A stretch of 64,000 bases of DNA, from the NCBI GenBank assembly GCA_045863395.1, contig BTVJ01000013.1, positions 77,242-141,241 of the forward strand. Reading direction: 5' to 3'. Positions 47,286 to 57,409 of the stretch are shown here, in pieces; the first letter of the stretch is position 1; every line of letters begins with the position of its first letter. Origin of the DNA: Myxococcales bacterium. Lineage in GTDB: Bacteria > Myxococcota_A > UBA9042 > JABWCM01 > BTVJ01. Position numbers and translations under genes: made by a program. The notes beneath the pieces were generated by a model. The model had not been told where the DNA came from, ran no database searches, and saw only the letters and a list, made by a program, of their open reading frames with translations.

Positions 47286-48500
47286 TCAGAGAGGCGTACC
47301 CGAGTCCGCGGCGGTGCGGTCGAGCTTCGCGAGCAGGGCGACCACCACCTTGGCGCCGATGGTGATTGCCCGGTCGTCCGCGACGAAGTGGCTGGAGTGG
47401 AGCTGGTGGACCGGCCCGTCGGTGCGCGTGCCCAGGCGGAAGAACAGCCCCGGCGCCTGGGTCAGGTACTCGGAGAAGTCCTCGCCGCCCATGCTGGCCC
47501 GGTCGATGGCGACCACGGCCTCGGGGCCCAGCGTGGCGCCGACGACCGCCTCGGCCGCTGCGCAGAGCCGCGGATCGTTGAGGATCGGCGGGGACCCCTG
47601 CTGGACGCGCATCTCCAGGGCCCCACCGGCAGGCTCCACCACGGCGCTCGCCAGCGTGCGCACCAGCTCCAGGGCCCGCGCGCGCATCACCAGGTCGAAC
47701 GACCGGCACGTGCCCGCCACCTCGGCCACGTCGGGGATCACGTTGGGCGCGCTCCCCGCGTGGAAGCGCCCGACGGTGATCACGAAGGGGTCCCGAGCAT
47801 CCATCATGCGCGGCAGGGTCGAGTAGAGCTCCGAGACCACGCGGGTCCCGAGCAGGATGGGGTCCACCGCCAGGTGGGGGCGCGCCGAGTGGCCCCCGCG
47901 CCCTCGGATCACGAGCTCGAAGGAGTCCACCGCGGCGGTCAGGGCCCCAGGCCGGAGCCCGACGCGGCCAAGCTCGATCTGGGGGTCCACGTGCAGCGCG
48001 GTGATGGCCCGAACCCCGGTCATGGCGCCATGCCGCACCATCTCGATGGCGCCGCCGGGCGCCACCTCCTCCGCAGGCTCGAAGATGAACCGCAGGTTGT
48101 GGCGCAGGCGCTCCCGGTGCGACGCGAAGACCAGCGCCGCCCCCAGGCCCACCGCCGTGTGCACGTCGTGGCCGCAGGCGTGCATCACCCCGGGGATCGT
48201 GCTGCGAGGCACCCGCGGGTCCTCCGACAGGTCGCTCAGGGGAAGCGCGTCGATGTCCGCCCGGTGGGCCACGAAGGGGGCGCCCTCCGCGGTGACCAGA
48301 TCCGCGATGAGCCCGGTCCCCGTGGGCCCGACGCGGCAGTCGTAGCCGGCGGCCTCCAGCTCACCGAGCAGCAGCGCGGTGGTCTCGGTCTCGGCCCACG
48401 CCGGCTCCGGGTGGGCGTGCAGCCGGTGGCGCACCTCCACGAGCCGCGGCGTCAGGTGGAGCAGCTCGGTGAGCAGCGGAGACAGCTCGCTCGGGGACAT
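47286..48500 (-). CDS. M20D-family amidohydrolase
   Basis: LHAHPE, RADIDAL, MHACGHD, FEPAEE, GGHSARPH and GGEDFS. Confidence 0.92.
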   Translation of the reverse strand: MSPSELSPLLTELLHLTPRLVEVRHRLHAHPEPAWAETETTALLLGELEAAGYDCRVGPTGTGLIADLVTAEGAPFVAHRADIDALPLSDLSEDPRVPRSTIPGVMHACGHDVHTAVGLGAALVFASHRERLRHNLRFIFEPAEEVAPGGAIEMVRHGAMTGVRAITALHVDPQIELGRVGLRPGALTAAVDSFELVIRGRGGHSARPHLAVDPILLGTRVVSELYSTLPRMMDARDPFVITVGRFHAGSAPNVIPDVAEVAGTCRSFDLVMRARALELVRTLASAVVEPAGGALEMRVQQGSPPILNDPRLCAAAEAVVGATLGPEAVVAIDRASMGGEDFSEYLTQAPGLFFRLGTRTDGPVHQLHSSHFVADDRAITIGAKVVVALLAKLDRTAADSGTPL

Positions 48501-48643
48501 CCTCACTCCTGTGGGGCCCGGTGGACCTCATTGGCGCGCTTGGGTGCGCAACCGGGGCGTGCTACAACGCACGACGGTCGGCGCCCCCGGGGACCTGCCC
48601 CAGCCCCCGCGTGCCCGGGGGGCCAAAGCCCCAAGGAGCGCCC

Positions 48644-50389
48644 ATGAAGCGCAGCTCGGCATGGTCCCTGGCGGCTGCCCTCGTGGCAGCATGTAGCAGC
48701 GTCTCCCCCGCGGTCAAGGACGAGGACGCGGGCGCACACGGCGCTGCGGACACACCGTCCGTCACGCCCGACGCTCCAGGCGCAAGCGCATCCGACGCAG
48801 ACACCCAAGGCGGGGATACGCCGGGGGCTGGCGCCGACGGGGGCGGCACGGAGCCGCCCCCCTGCGAAGCCCCGGGCGTCACCTCCCCCGCGTGGTATCA
48901 CGAGGCCGTCGGCTACGAGATCTTCGTCCGCAGCTTCCAGGACAGCGACGGGGACGGCATCGGCGACCTCGCCGGCCTGACGTCCCGCCTCGACTACCTC
49001 AACGACGGCGATCCGACCACGGACACGGACCTGGGCGTCACGCTCCTCTGGCTCATGCCCATCAACCAGAGCCCGTCCTACCACGGCTACGACGTCACCG
49101 ACTACCGCGCCATCGAGGAGGACTACGGCTCCCTCGAGGACCTGGACGCCCTGCTCGCGGCGGCGCACCAGCGAGGCATCCGCGTGATCATGGACCTGGT
49201 GCTCAACCACAGCTCCAGCCAGCACCCGTGGTTCAAGGACGCCGCCGCGGGCCCCGGCGCCCCGCTTCGCGACCACTACGTGTGGAGCGAGGTGTTCCTC
49301 GACTGGGACCGCCCGTGGGGCCCGGGCCCCACCTGGGTGAAGGCCGGCGCCTCCTGGTACTACGCCCTGTTCTGGGAGGGCATGCCCGACCTCAACTTCA
49401 CGAGCGCCGCCGTCCGCGCCGAGATGACCGACGTCGCCCGCTTCTGGCTGTCCCGCGGCGTGGACGGCTTCCGCCTCGACGCCGCCCGCTACCTGGTGGA
49501 GACGGGCCCTGGCCCCGGCCAGGCGGACACGCCGGAGACCCACGCCTTCTGGCGGGACCTGCGGGCCATGATGGACAGCGAGGCCCCGGGCTCCATGACC
49601 GTGGGCGAGGTGTGGGAGCAGACCTCCGTGGTGGTGCCCTACTACGGCACGGCGGCCTCCCCCGAGCTGCACATGCTCTTCGACTTCGACGGCGCCTCGG
49701 GAGCGCTCCAGGCCGTCTCCCAGGGCAAGGAGGCCGCGCTCCGCACCCGCCTCTGCAAGCGCCTGCGGGAGTACCCGCCCGACGCGGCCGTCGGCACCTT
49801 CCTGACCAACCACGACCAGGCGCGGGTCGCGACCGAGCTCGGCGACGAGGCGTCCCTGCGCCTGGCCGCCGCGCTGCTGCTGGGCCTGCCAGGCACCCCC
49901 TGGCTCTACTACGGCGAGGAGATCGGCATGAAGAGCGGCCCCGGCGGCGGCGACGAGCCGAAGCGCCTGCCCATGCAGTGGGGCCCCGGCGGCTTCAGCA
50001 CCGGCACGCCATGGAAGGCGCCGGCGTCCACGGAGGCGGCGGCGAGTGTCGCCGGCCAGACCAATGACCCGGGGAGCCTCCTGTCCTGGTACCGGCGCCT
50101 GATCCGCGAGCGCCAGGCGCTGCCCGCGCTGTCTCGCGGGGCCACGAAGCACATCGGCGCGACCGGCTCCGTGGGCGCTCCCCTCGTCGTCCTGCGGTCC
50201 CACGGCGACCAGGCCGCCCTGCTGGTCTACAGCTTCGCTTCCGTCCCCCAGGTGATCACGGTGGCACCCCCGCTCCCCGCCACCACCTTCACGGACCGAC
50301 TGACCGGGGCCACTCTGAGCCGCGTGGACGCCTCCGCTCCGCTGGAGGTCTCCCTGCCGGCGCGGGGCTTCGCCCTCCTCGTGCCCTGA
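48644..50389 (+). CDS. GH13 alpha-amylase-family lipoprotein
   Basis: SD AAGGAG; lipobox VAAC; YEIFVRSFQDSDGDGIGD, DLVLNH, MPDLN, GFRLDAA, GEVW and FLTNHD. Confidence 0.92.
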   Translation: MKRSSAWSLAAALVAACSSVSPAVKDEDAGAHGAADTPSVTPDAPGASASDADTQGGDTPGAGADGGGTEPPPCEAPGVTSPAWYHEAVGYEIFVRSFQDSDGDGIGDLAGLTSRLDYLNDGDPTTDTDLGVTLLWLMPINQSPSYHGYDVTDYRAIEEDYGSLEDLDALLAAAHQRGIRVIMDLVLNHSSSQHPWFKDAAAGPGAPLRDHYVWSEVFLDWDRPWGPGPTWVKAGASWYYALFWEGMPDLNFTSAAVRAEMTDVARFWLSRGVDGFRLDAARYLVETGPGPGQADTPETHAFWRDLRAMMDSEAPGSMTVGEVWEQTSVVVPYYGTAASPELHMLFDFDGASGALQAVSQGKEAALRTRLCKRLREYPPDAAVGTFLTNHDQARVATELGDEASLRLAAALLLGLPGTPWLYYGEEIGMKSGPGGGDEPKRLPMQWGPGGFSTGTPWKAPASTEAAASVAGQTNDPGSLLSWYRRLIRERQALPALSRGATKHIGATGSVGAPLVVLRSHGDQAALLVYSFASVPQVITVAPPLPATTFTDRLTGATLSRVDASAPLEVSLPARGFALLVP

Positions 50390-50396
50390 AGCACGC

Positions 50397-52067
50397 TCAC
50401 TTCGCGAGCTTCCACGACGTGATCTTGGAGGTCACGTTGTCCACCGCCCACAGGAGCCCACCCGGCCCCGGAGCGACGCCCACCGGCGACACGAGCGTCC
50501 CTCCCCCCAGCTCCCGGGAGTGCTCCAGTGCCGGCGCCACCTCGGGCTCGCCGAAGGCGACGGGCACCCCCTCGCACAGGGCCCCGCAGGCCATGCTGCA
50601 CTCCTGGACACAGACGTCGTCCCAGCTCGCCTCGGGGTCATCCGCCGCGCAGCAGAAGGGGTCCATGGCGCAGACGCACTCCTGGCAGGCGCAGCCGTCG
50701 CACGTGACCGAGTCACGGGGCGCGCACCCTGCGCCGCCCTCCTCTCCCCCCGTGCACGCGCCCGCCTCGCAGGTCATGGTCGACAGGCACTGGCCGCAGC
50801 TCCCGCCACAGCCGTTGTCGCCGCACTCCTTGCCGGCGCAGTCCGGGATGCAGCTCCTGAAGAACTGGAGCCTCCCGTTGCCCGCGTCGGCCACCACGAT
50901 CCAGCCGTCGGGCGTCAGCGCAAGGCCGGTCGGGTACTTGAACATCCCGGCCTCGCTGCCCTCTGCCCCGTAGACCCCCACCACCTTCGCCGTGGCGGGA
51001 TCGAAGGCCTGGATGCGCCCGTTCTGGTTGTCGGCGACGATGACGAGGCCGCCGGCCGTCTGGATGACCCCCCGCGGGTCCCGGAAGTGCCCCGGAGCGC
51101 TGCCGGTCTTGCCCAGGCTCTGGCCCAGCTTCGTGTCGTCCAGGTCCACGCGCAGCACCTCGTTCTTGCCGGTGTTGGCGATCCAGAGCCCCGCCCCGAG
51201 GGCCGCCGGCGCGATGTAGGTCGGGCTCTGGAGCAGCGTCCCGTCGCCGGGCTTGCCGTCGAAGGCCCCCACCCACTCGCCGTCCGCGGTGAAGATGGCG
51301 ATGCGGCCGTTGCCCGTGTCTGCCACGGCGACGCGGCCGTCCGCGAGCACCGCCACACCCACGGGCTGGGAGAGCTGACCGTCGCCACCGCCCTTGCCCC
51401 CCCACGCGCCGGCGGGGGTGCCGTCCGCCTCGAAGAGGGCGATGCGGTCATTCCCCGTGTCCGCCACGAGCACACGCCCGCCTGCGACCGCGACGCCCCG
51501 CGGGTCCTTGAGCTGCCCCTCGCCCGCGCCCTTCTCGCCGAAGCTCGCGCCGTCCACCGCGCAGGGACCGCCCGGGTTCTTGCAGACGCCGGTCGCCACG
51601 GTGCAGGTGTCGGTGGTGCACGCGAGGCCGTCGTCGCAGTCCGCGTCCGAGGTGCAGCAGCCTGGCAGCCCGCTCGGGCCATGGGCGCAGGCTCCGCTCG
51701 CCCCGTCGCACCAGTCCCGGGTGCAGGGGTCGTCGTCGTCGCAGAGCGTGTTCGCCAGGGTCTCGCACGCCCCGGCCTTGCACCCGTCGCCGGTCGTACA
51801 GGGGTCACCGTCGTCGCACTCCATGCCGTCGACCCACGCGCTCCCGTCGGCGAGGCAGGTGCGCACTCGCGTCCCCTCGCACGTGGCCGCGCCCGGCTGG
51901 CAGGCGAGGCAGGCGCCCGTCGCCTTGTCGCACACCTGCCCTGCTCCGCAGTCCCCGTCCAAGCTGCACCCGCCCTTGCCCGTGTCGGCTGTGGCGGCAG
52001 GCTCACCACCGGTGGAGCCCGCGTCGCAGGCGGCCAGAAGTGCCACGAGGATCAATCGAGAGGTCAT
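50397..52067 (-). CDS. NHL-repeat beta-propeller lipoprotein with Cys-rich repeats
   Basis: Lipobox LAAC; CDDGDPCT repeats; NHL blades PRGVAV...VADTGNDRI; CIPDCAGKECGDNGCGGSCG module. Confidence 0.82.
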   Translation of the reverse strand: MTSRLILVALLAACDAGSTGGEPAATADTGKGGCSLDGDCGAGQVCDKATGACLACQPGAATCEGTRVRTCLADGSAWVDGMECDDGDPCTTGDGCKAGACETLANTLCDDDDPCTRDWCDGASGACAHGPSGLPGCCTSDADCDDGLACTTDTCTVATGVCKNPGGPCAVDGASFGEKGAGEGQLKDPRGVAVAGGRVLVADTGNDRIALFEADGTPAGAWGGKGGGDGQLSQPVGVAVLADGRVAVADTGNGRIAIFTADGEWVGAFDGKPGDGTLLQSPTYIAPAALGAGLWIANTGKNEVLRVDLDDTKLGQSLGKTGSAPGHFRDPRGVIQTAGGLVIVADNQNGRIQAFDPATAKVVGVYGAEGSEAGMFKYPTGLALTPDGWIVVADAGNGRLQFFRSCIPDCAGKECGDNGCGGSCGQCLSTMTCEAGACTGGEEGGAGCAPRDSVTCDGCACQECVCAMDPFCCAADDPEASWDDVCVQECSMACGALCEGVPVAFGEPEVAPALEHSRELGGGTLVSPVGVAPGPGGLLWAVDNVTSKITSWKLAK

Positions 52068-52208
52068 CGGCGCCGCTCCAATCGGGCCCACCGGGGGCCG
52101 TTTTTTTGACAGGGTCCGGAGTGTCTGCAACAACCATGGCGTCGCGAGAGGCGAACCCGGGCAGCCGCGCCGGCCGCCCCTGTCGCCTGCTCAGGAGCGA
52201 GTCTAGCA

Positions 52209-54521
52209 TTGCAGAAGATCTGCCGCACATGCCGCAGGGTCTTCGGGGCTTCGGAGCAGTTCTGCCCCGACCACCAGGGCTACCTGGTCCTGCACTCCCT
52301 GGTGGGCGATCTGCTGCTCGGACGCTACCGGGTCACCGAGGTGGTGGGCGCGGGCCTCGACGCCCTTGTGTGCCGCGGCGTCGATGAGCAGCTCGGCTAC
52401 AAGGTGGCCGTCAAGGCCCTGCTCCTGGATCCGGACGGCTACCGCTACGTGGTGAACCGCTTCCTGCGCGAGGCAGAGACCTACGCGGCGCTGAGCGACC
52501 CCCGGTTCCCCCGTGTGTTCGCGCGCAACATGCTCCAGGATGGACGCCCCTACTTCGTCTTCGAGTGGGTCGACGGCGAGTCGCTCGAGGACACCCTCGG
52601 CAAGGAGGGCCGCCTGATCGCGCCGCAGGCGGTCCGGCTCGCCATGGAGGTGGCGGCGGGGCTCCAGCAGGCTCACGCGCTCGGCTTCGTGCACCTGGAC
52701 GTCACCCCCGGCAACATCCTCCGCTACCAGGACGCCACCCGCACCGAGCACATCAAGATCATCGACTTCGGCATCGTCCGGCTCACGCCAGCTGCCGACG
52801 GGCCCAGCCAGCGCTTTCGTCGCCCGCTGGGCAACCCGCCCTACATGAGCCCCGAGCAGTGGCGACGCCAGGAGCTGGACCCTCGCACCGACGTGTGGTC
52901 GCTGGGCGTGACGCTCTACGAGCTGCTCTCCGGGCGGCTGCCCTTCGGCGACGACGACTGGGAGGCGGTGCGCCGCCGGGTCCTGCACGATCCGCCGCCC
53001 CCCCTGCGCTCTCGGGTTCCCGAGGACGGGATCCCCGTGCACATCCCAGACGCCCTCGAGGAGCTGGTGATGAGCATGATCGATAAGGATCCGGATCGGC
53101 GCCCCCGGTCCATGCTCGATGTGCACCTGGCGCTCCGCTCCCTGCTCAAGGAGCTCGAGCCGGACGCCTTGCCCTACGCGCGCTTCCTGCGCTGCTTCGA
53201 CGAGCCCCTGCTCGACGTCGGGGCGCCCGGGGCGGCCAACGACGACGGCGCCGACGGCCTGGCGCTCGATGCTGGCTCCGGCGCCGAACCCCGGGGCCCG
53301 GCGGACACGTGGTTGGACGCACCGCCGCTGGTGCCGGCCTCTGACACCGAGACCGACCTGCCCGCAGCCCTACCCGAGGCGGTACACTATCGCGCTCACG
53401 ACACGACGGAGTCGCCAGCCTGGGGGTGGACCCCCCCAGACGTGGACGGGCCCACCGACCCGCGGGGGACGTCACTCGACCAGGACGCCATCCTGGAGAT
53501 CCGCTCGTTGAGTGACGCCCCGCCACCGTTGCCCCCCGATGGAGAGCCGGACGACGCCGAGGAGCTCGACGACTTCGAGGCGGCCACGTTCGACTGCGAC
53601 GCAGGCGATCTGACGCCGGCCGGCCCCTGGGCCGGTGACGACTCGGAGGCCGCGGGCGCGAACCACGAGGCCTCGTTCACGCCTCCCCAGGCCGAGCCCA
53701 GGATGGCCGACGTAGCCCGCTCCAGCCTCGACGTGGCCTGGGCTCTCGCGTCCGGGCCGCTCGCCGCGTGGCCCGAGCGCCCCGGTGGTGACGACCTGCA
53801 CGAGCGCGACACGGACCCGGGCCCGGTCGCTGATCCGGACGATGGCTTGGCAGCGCCCCCTCCTGGCCCGGCTCCGACCCTTCGGAGCATCTCCGTGCCG
53901 GCGGACGACTGCTCGCAGGTCGTCTCCGCAGACCCACCGCCCCGGACCCGCGACGCGGACCGCAACGGGGGCCGCTGGTCGGACCGCCAGCTAGGCGCGG
54001 CGGTCGTCGCGTCCTTCGTCGGCGTCGGCGCGGCCATCCTGATCGTGCTCAGCGGCACGGGGCCGCTGCCAGTGCCCGGATCTGCGCCCCTCGTCGCCGC
54101 CGGCGTGGCACCGTCGCGCCCCGCAGCGCCCCGCGCCCCGTCGGGCGGGACCGTGGTGCTGGGCCACGCCCCCTTGGATCGGCGGACGGAGGCTGCGGCG
54201 GAGCCCACTCCGTCGCCGAGGCGGGCACCAGCCGTGGAGGCTGTGGCGGTAGCACTTGCGGACGTCTCACCGAGGCTCCCACCCGCGGCGGCCGGCCCGG
54301 GCGGCGCTTCCCCGGCCCCCACCCGCGCACGGTCCGGCGCGACGGCCTCGGGCGGCAGGTCCGCACACCCCGCCGGCGCCCCGAAGGCGCCTGCGCGCGC
54401 CAGCACCGGCCGGACCGAGCGCAAGGCGGCCGCCGTCGCGGTGAGGAGGCCGGCCGCCTCCGCCACGACCGAGTTCCGCCCGGCGCCGGGAGTCTCGGAT
54501 CGCTACTTCCCGACCTTCTGA
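52209..54521 (+). CDS. Membrane Ser/Thr protein kinase with N-terminal zinc ribbon
   Basis: TTG start with SD AGGAG; CRTC...FCPDH; VAVK, HLDVTPGN, DFG, PYMSPEQ and DVWSLG; acidic linker, TM helix (AAVVASFVGVGAAILIVL), Pro/Ala-rich tail. Confidence 0.88.
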   Translation: MQKICRTCRRVFGASEQFCPDHQGYLVLHSLVGDLLLGRYRVTEVVGAGLDALVCRGVDEQLGYKVAVKALLLDPDGYRYVVNRFLREAETYAALSDPRFPRVFARNMLQDGRPYFVFEWVDGESLEDTLGKEGRLIAPQAVRLAMEVAAGLQQAHALGFVHLDVTPGNILRYQDATRTEHIKIIDFGIVRLTPAADGPSQRFRRPLGNPPYMSPEQWRRQELDPRTDVWSLGVTLYELLSGRLPFGDDDWEAVRRRVLHDPPPPLRSRVPEDGIPVHIPDALEELVMSMIDKDPDRRPRSMLDVHLALRSLLKELEPDALPYARFLRCFDEPLLDVGAPGAANDDGADGLALDAGSGAEPRGPADTWLDAPPLVPASDTETDLPAALPEAVHYRAHDTTESPAWGWTPPDVDGPTDPRGTSLDQDAILEIRSLSDAPPPLPPDGEPDDAEELDDFEAATFDCDAGDLTPAGPWAGDDSEAAGANHEASFTPPQAEPRMADVARSSLDVAWALASGPLAAWPERPGGDDLHERDTDPGPVADPDDGLAAPPPGPAPTLRSISVPADDCSQVVSADPPPRTRDADRNGGRWSDRQLGAAVVASFVGVGAAILIVLSGTGPLPVPGSAPLVAAGVAPSRPAAPRAPSGGTVVLGHAPLDRRTEAAAEPTPSPRRAPAVEAVAVALADVSPRLPPAAAGPGGASPAPTRARSGATASGGRSAHPAGAPKAPARASTGRTERKAAAVAVRRPAASATTEFRPAPGVSDRYFPTF

Positions 54522-55859
54522 GTGGTGGTGCACGTGGTCCAGCTCTCGCGCCAGTCGGCACTCGTCGCAGCGGTCCTCCTGCTCTCCGCGGGCGGCGCCG
54601 TAGCGCAGGTGCTCGAGGCGCCCGAGCTCACCCTGCGGCCGTCCGGGGACCCCGCCAAGGTCGACGAGTGCCGGCGCCTCACCGCGGAGGCCCGGTCCCT
54701 CTTCGACGCGCAGCTCTATGAGCAGGCGCTTGCCCGGAACCGTGAGGCCTACCTGGCCTACCGGGACCCGCGCCTGCTCTTGGGCATGGGCATCGCGGCC
54801 CAGGGGATCCCCGGCCAGGCCATCGACGCCATCCAATACTACGAGGCCTGCGAGGACGCCCTGGCGCGCATCGAGAGCCGCCTCCGGGAGGAGGCAGAGG
54901 CGGCCGGCGCCGAGGCGCGGACCCGCATCGACGAGGACCTCGCGGCGCTCACCAAGCACCGCGCGGACGTGCGCGAGGGCCTGGACGCGGTGCGCCCCTC
55001 CGTAGAGGCCGAGTGGGGCCGGGTCCCCATCGAGCTGTCCCCTGCGGACTCCGTGATCACCTTCAGCGGCCGCACCTATCCTCCGGTCGTCGCAAACCAG
55101 GCGGCGCGCTGGGTACCGCTCGGGACCCACCTGGTGGAGGTCACCGCCCGGGGGCACGCCATCTCTCGCCAGTGGATCACGGTGGGACCCGGAATGGAGC
55201 CCCTGCGAGTGCGCCTCGAGCCCGCTCCGGAGCTGAGGACGGGCGACATCCGCGTCCGGTGCGCCGTGCCAGGCTGCCGGGTGACCATCCGGGGGGAGGA
55301 CGCGACCAGCGCGCTCCAGAGCCCCTACCTCGTGGCGCCGGGCACCTACGACGTGGTGGTGACGGCTCCCGGGCTGGGCGACACGGTGCGCACCGTGACG
55401 GTGGACTCCGGGCAGTCGGTCTCGGTGGTCATCGGGCCGCCACCCGGCGTGACCATGGAGGCGCTCGCCCCGCCAAGACGACCGCCGGACCTCCCTGGCG
55501 TTCACACGTCCACGGGCGCCGGCTCCCCGGAGTGGACGCAGGCGGACACGGGCTGGACGCTGATCGGCGCAGGAGGCGCTCTCCTGCTCTCCGCAGCGGT
55601 CATGCACGGGGTGAGCTGGGAGCGCGCCACGTCGGTCAACGGGCGCGACGTGCGCTGTCCGGGCTGCTACGACGCGGCGCGCGCGGACTATGACGAGGCG
55701 AAGGGGGTCTACACCGGCGCCATCGTGGGGTACTCCCTGGGGGCGGCCTCTGCGGCAGCCGGCGTCCTGCTGATCGTCCTCGACGTGGACGACGAGCCTG
55801 TCCTCGGCGGCGGGCCGGTGGAGGGCGGCGGCCTCATCGAGGGGAGGTTCCGGTTTTGA
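54522..55859 (+). CDS. TPR-PEGA domain protein with C-terminal Gly-rich hydrophobic helices
   Basis: Starts immediately after the kinase stop; signal peptide; TPR-like helices; PEGA-like PLGTHLVEVTARG and VAPGTYDVVVTAPG; ends GRFRF. Confidence 0.75.
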   Translation: MVVHVVQLSRQSALVAAVLLLSAGGAVAQVLEAPELTLRPSGDPAKVDECRRLTAEARSLFDAQLYEQALARNREAYLAYRDPRLLLGMGIAAQGIPGQAIDAIQYYEACEDALARIESRLREEAEAAGAEARTRIDEDLAALTKHRADVREGLDAVRPSVEAEWGRVPIELSPADSVITFSGRTYPPVVANQAARWVPLGTHLVEVTARGHAISRQWITVGPGMEPLRVRLEPAPELRTGDIRVRCAVPGCRVTIRGEDATSALQSPYLVAPGTYDVVVTAPGLGDTVRTVTVDSGQSVSVVIGPPPGVTMEALAPPRRPPDLPGVHTSTGAGSPEWTQADTGWTLIGAGGALLLSAAVMHGVSWERATSVNGRDVRCPGCYDAARADYDEAKGVYTGAIVGYSLGAASAAAGVLLIVLDVDDEPVLGGGPVEGGGLIEGRFRF

Positions 55860-57409
55860 GACCCCACGCCCTGCTCCTGCTCGCGCTCTCCGCTTGCGCG
55901 TTCCCCGCCTTCGAGCCCGGCGGCGACGAGCCGGTCCAGGTGACCAGCGTCGTCGGCAACTCGCCCCTCGCCACCGACGACACCCCCGGCGTCTTCCGGG
56001 ACGGCATCGTCGTTCACGGCTCGGGCCTCGGCCAGGGCCTGGCGGCCGCCCTCCGGGCCGGCGAGCAGGTGACGCCCCTGGTGGTCCGGGTCGCCACTGG
56101 ATCCGAGGCGGAGCTGGTGCTCCCCGCCGATCTCGAAGAGGGCGCCTGGGACCTGACGCTGAGCCGGGGCTCCTCTGCAACCACCATCGCCCTGCGCTTC
56201 TCGCGCGGGCCGGCCGGCCCCGGTGGTGAGGCGGCCCTCGGCGGCTTCGTGACCCTCGCCGCCCTGGAGGGCGCTCTGCCGGACCCTGCCACCCTGGTCT
56301 CGGAGGGCGACGCCACCAAGACCTTCGTGCTCGCGACCGGTGGGCCGGACCTCTCCGCCTATGCGCCGGCGACCGCCCTCGATGGCCTCGCGACGACAGA
56401 GGCGGCCCTGGCAGCCTACGCCCACCGCGACGAGCTGCTGGACCCGGCCGGGTGGCCGACCAAGGAGGCGCTACTGGCTGCGTACGCGACGCCTGGAGAT
56501 CTCCCGGACCTCTCGAACGCGATCCTGAAGGCGGATCTGCCCGATACGAGCCCGTATGTCTCCAAGGAGGCGGCAGCAGCCACCATCGCCACCCAGGCAG
56601 ACGTGGAGGCAGCGCTCCAGGACAAGGCGACCATGGACGCCTCCTACCTGGCAAAGGACGGGACGCTGAGCGAGGCCCACGTCGCGCTCATCGAGGCCCT
56701 GGTCGGGCAGGCCCTGGCGGAGCTCCCCTGCCCAGCGGGGACGACGCCCGTCGGCGCGAGCTGCGTGTCCACCCACGAGGCCTCCGTGCGGGACAAGCCG
56801 TGCGCCTCGGGCGGGCAGACCTACGGCGCGTCCATCGACGACTACCCGAGCGGGTTCCCCGACAGCGGCGGCGGCGTGACCAAGCCGCTGTACGCGTGCA
56901 GCGGCCCAGGGGTGGCGCCGTCGCGCCATCTGACGTGGTTCCAGGCGGCGCGCGCCTGCGCTGCCTCAGGCCTGCGCCTCTGCACGGACGACGAGTGGCA
57001 GCGCGCGGTGGCCGGGACCGGCGACGAGGGCTGCGCCTTCGAGGGGGTGGGCCCGGTGACGTCGTCCGACGACACGGAGTGCGTCAGCAACCATGGCGTG
57101 GTCCACGGCCCCGGCAGCCTGGGCGAGTGGACGGCCACCTGGGCGCAGGGCGGCCTCGCCTGGGTGACCGAGCCCGGCCAGGTGAAGGCGCCCTGGCCGC
57201 TCGGGTACGGCGACGCGCAGGACACGGTCTCCGCCTGGAACGGGAGCGCGCTCTCCGGGGGCGCCTGGAAGAACGGGACGCCGGCGGCGGTGGTGCGCGG
57301 CGGCAGCTATGCGAGCGGCGCTGCCGGCGGCGCCTACGCCATGGACATGACCCGCTCTCCCGCCGAGAGCGCACCCGACGTGGGGTTCCGATGCTGCCGA
57401 AGCCGTTGA
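55856..57409 (+). CDS. Lipoprotein with Ig-like domain, repeat stalk and FGE-sulfatase/C-type-lectin-fold domain (paralogue 1)
   Basis: TTGA overlap with the upstream stop; lipobox LSAC; LTWFQAARAC, RLCTDDEW, VRGGSY and GFRCC. Confidence 0.8.
   Translation: MRPHALLLLALSACAFPAFEPGGDEPVQVTSVVGNSPLATDDTPGVFRDGIVVHGSGLGQGLAAALRAGEQVTPLVVRVATGSEAELVLPADLEEGAWDLTLSRGSSATTIALRFSRGPAGPGGEAALGGFVTLAALEGALPDPATLVSEGDATKTFVLATGGPDLSAYAPATALDGLATTEAALAAYAHRDELLDPAGWPTKEALLAAYATPGDLPDLSNAILKADLPDTSPYVSKEAAAATIATQADVEAALQDKATMDASYLAKDGTLSEAHVALIEALVGQALAELPCPAGTTPVGASCVSTHEASVRDKPCASGGQTYGASIDDYPSGFPDSGGGVTKPLYACSGPGVAPSRHLTWFQAARACAASGLRLCTDDEWQRAVAGTGDEGCAFEGVGPVTSSDDTECVSNHGVVHGPGSLGEWTATWAQGGLAWVTEPGQVKAPWPLGYGDAQDTVSAWNGSALSGGAWKNGTPAAVVRGGSYASGAAGGAYAMDMTRSPAESAPDVGFRCCRSR

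Noticed and set aside
52085..52111. Hairpin GGCCC-accgg-GGGCC followed by T7 as an intrinsic terminator
   Set aside because: The stem is only 5 bp, it lies in a divergent intergenic region with no sense gene directly upstream, and the T-run overlaps a TTGACA that more likely belongs to a promoter. No convincing -10 box was found either.
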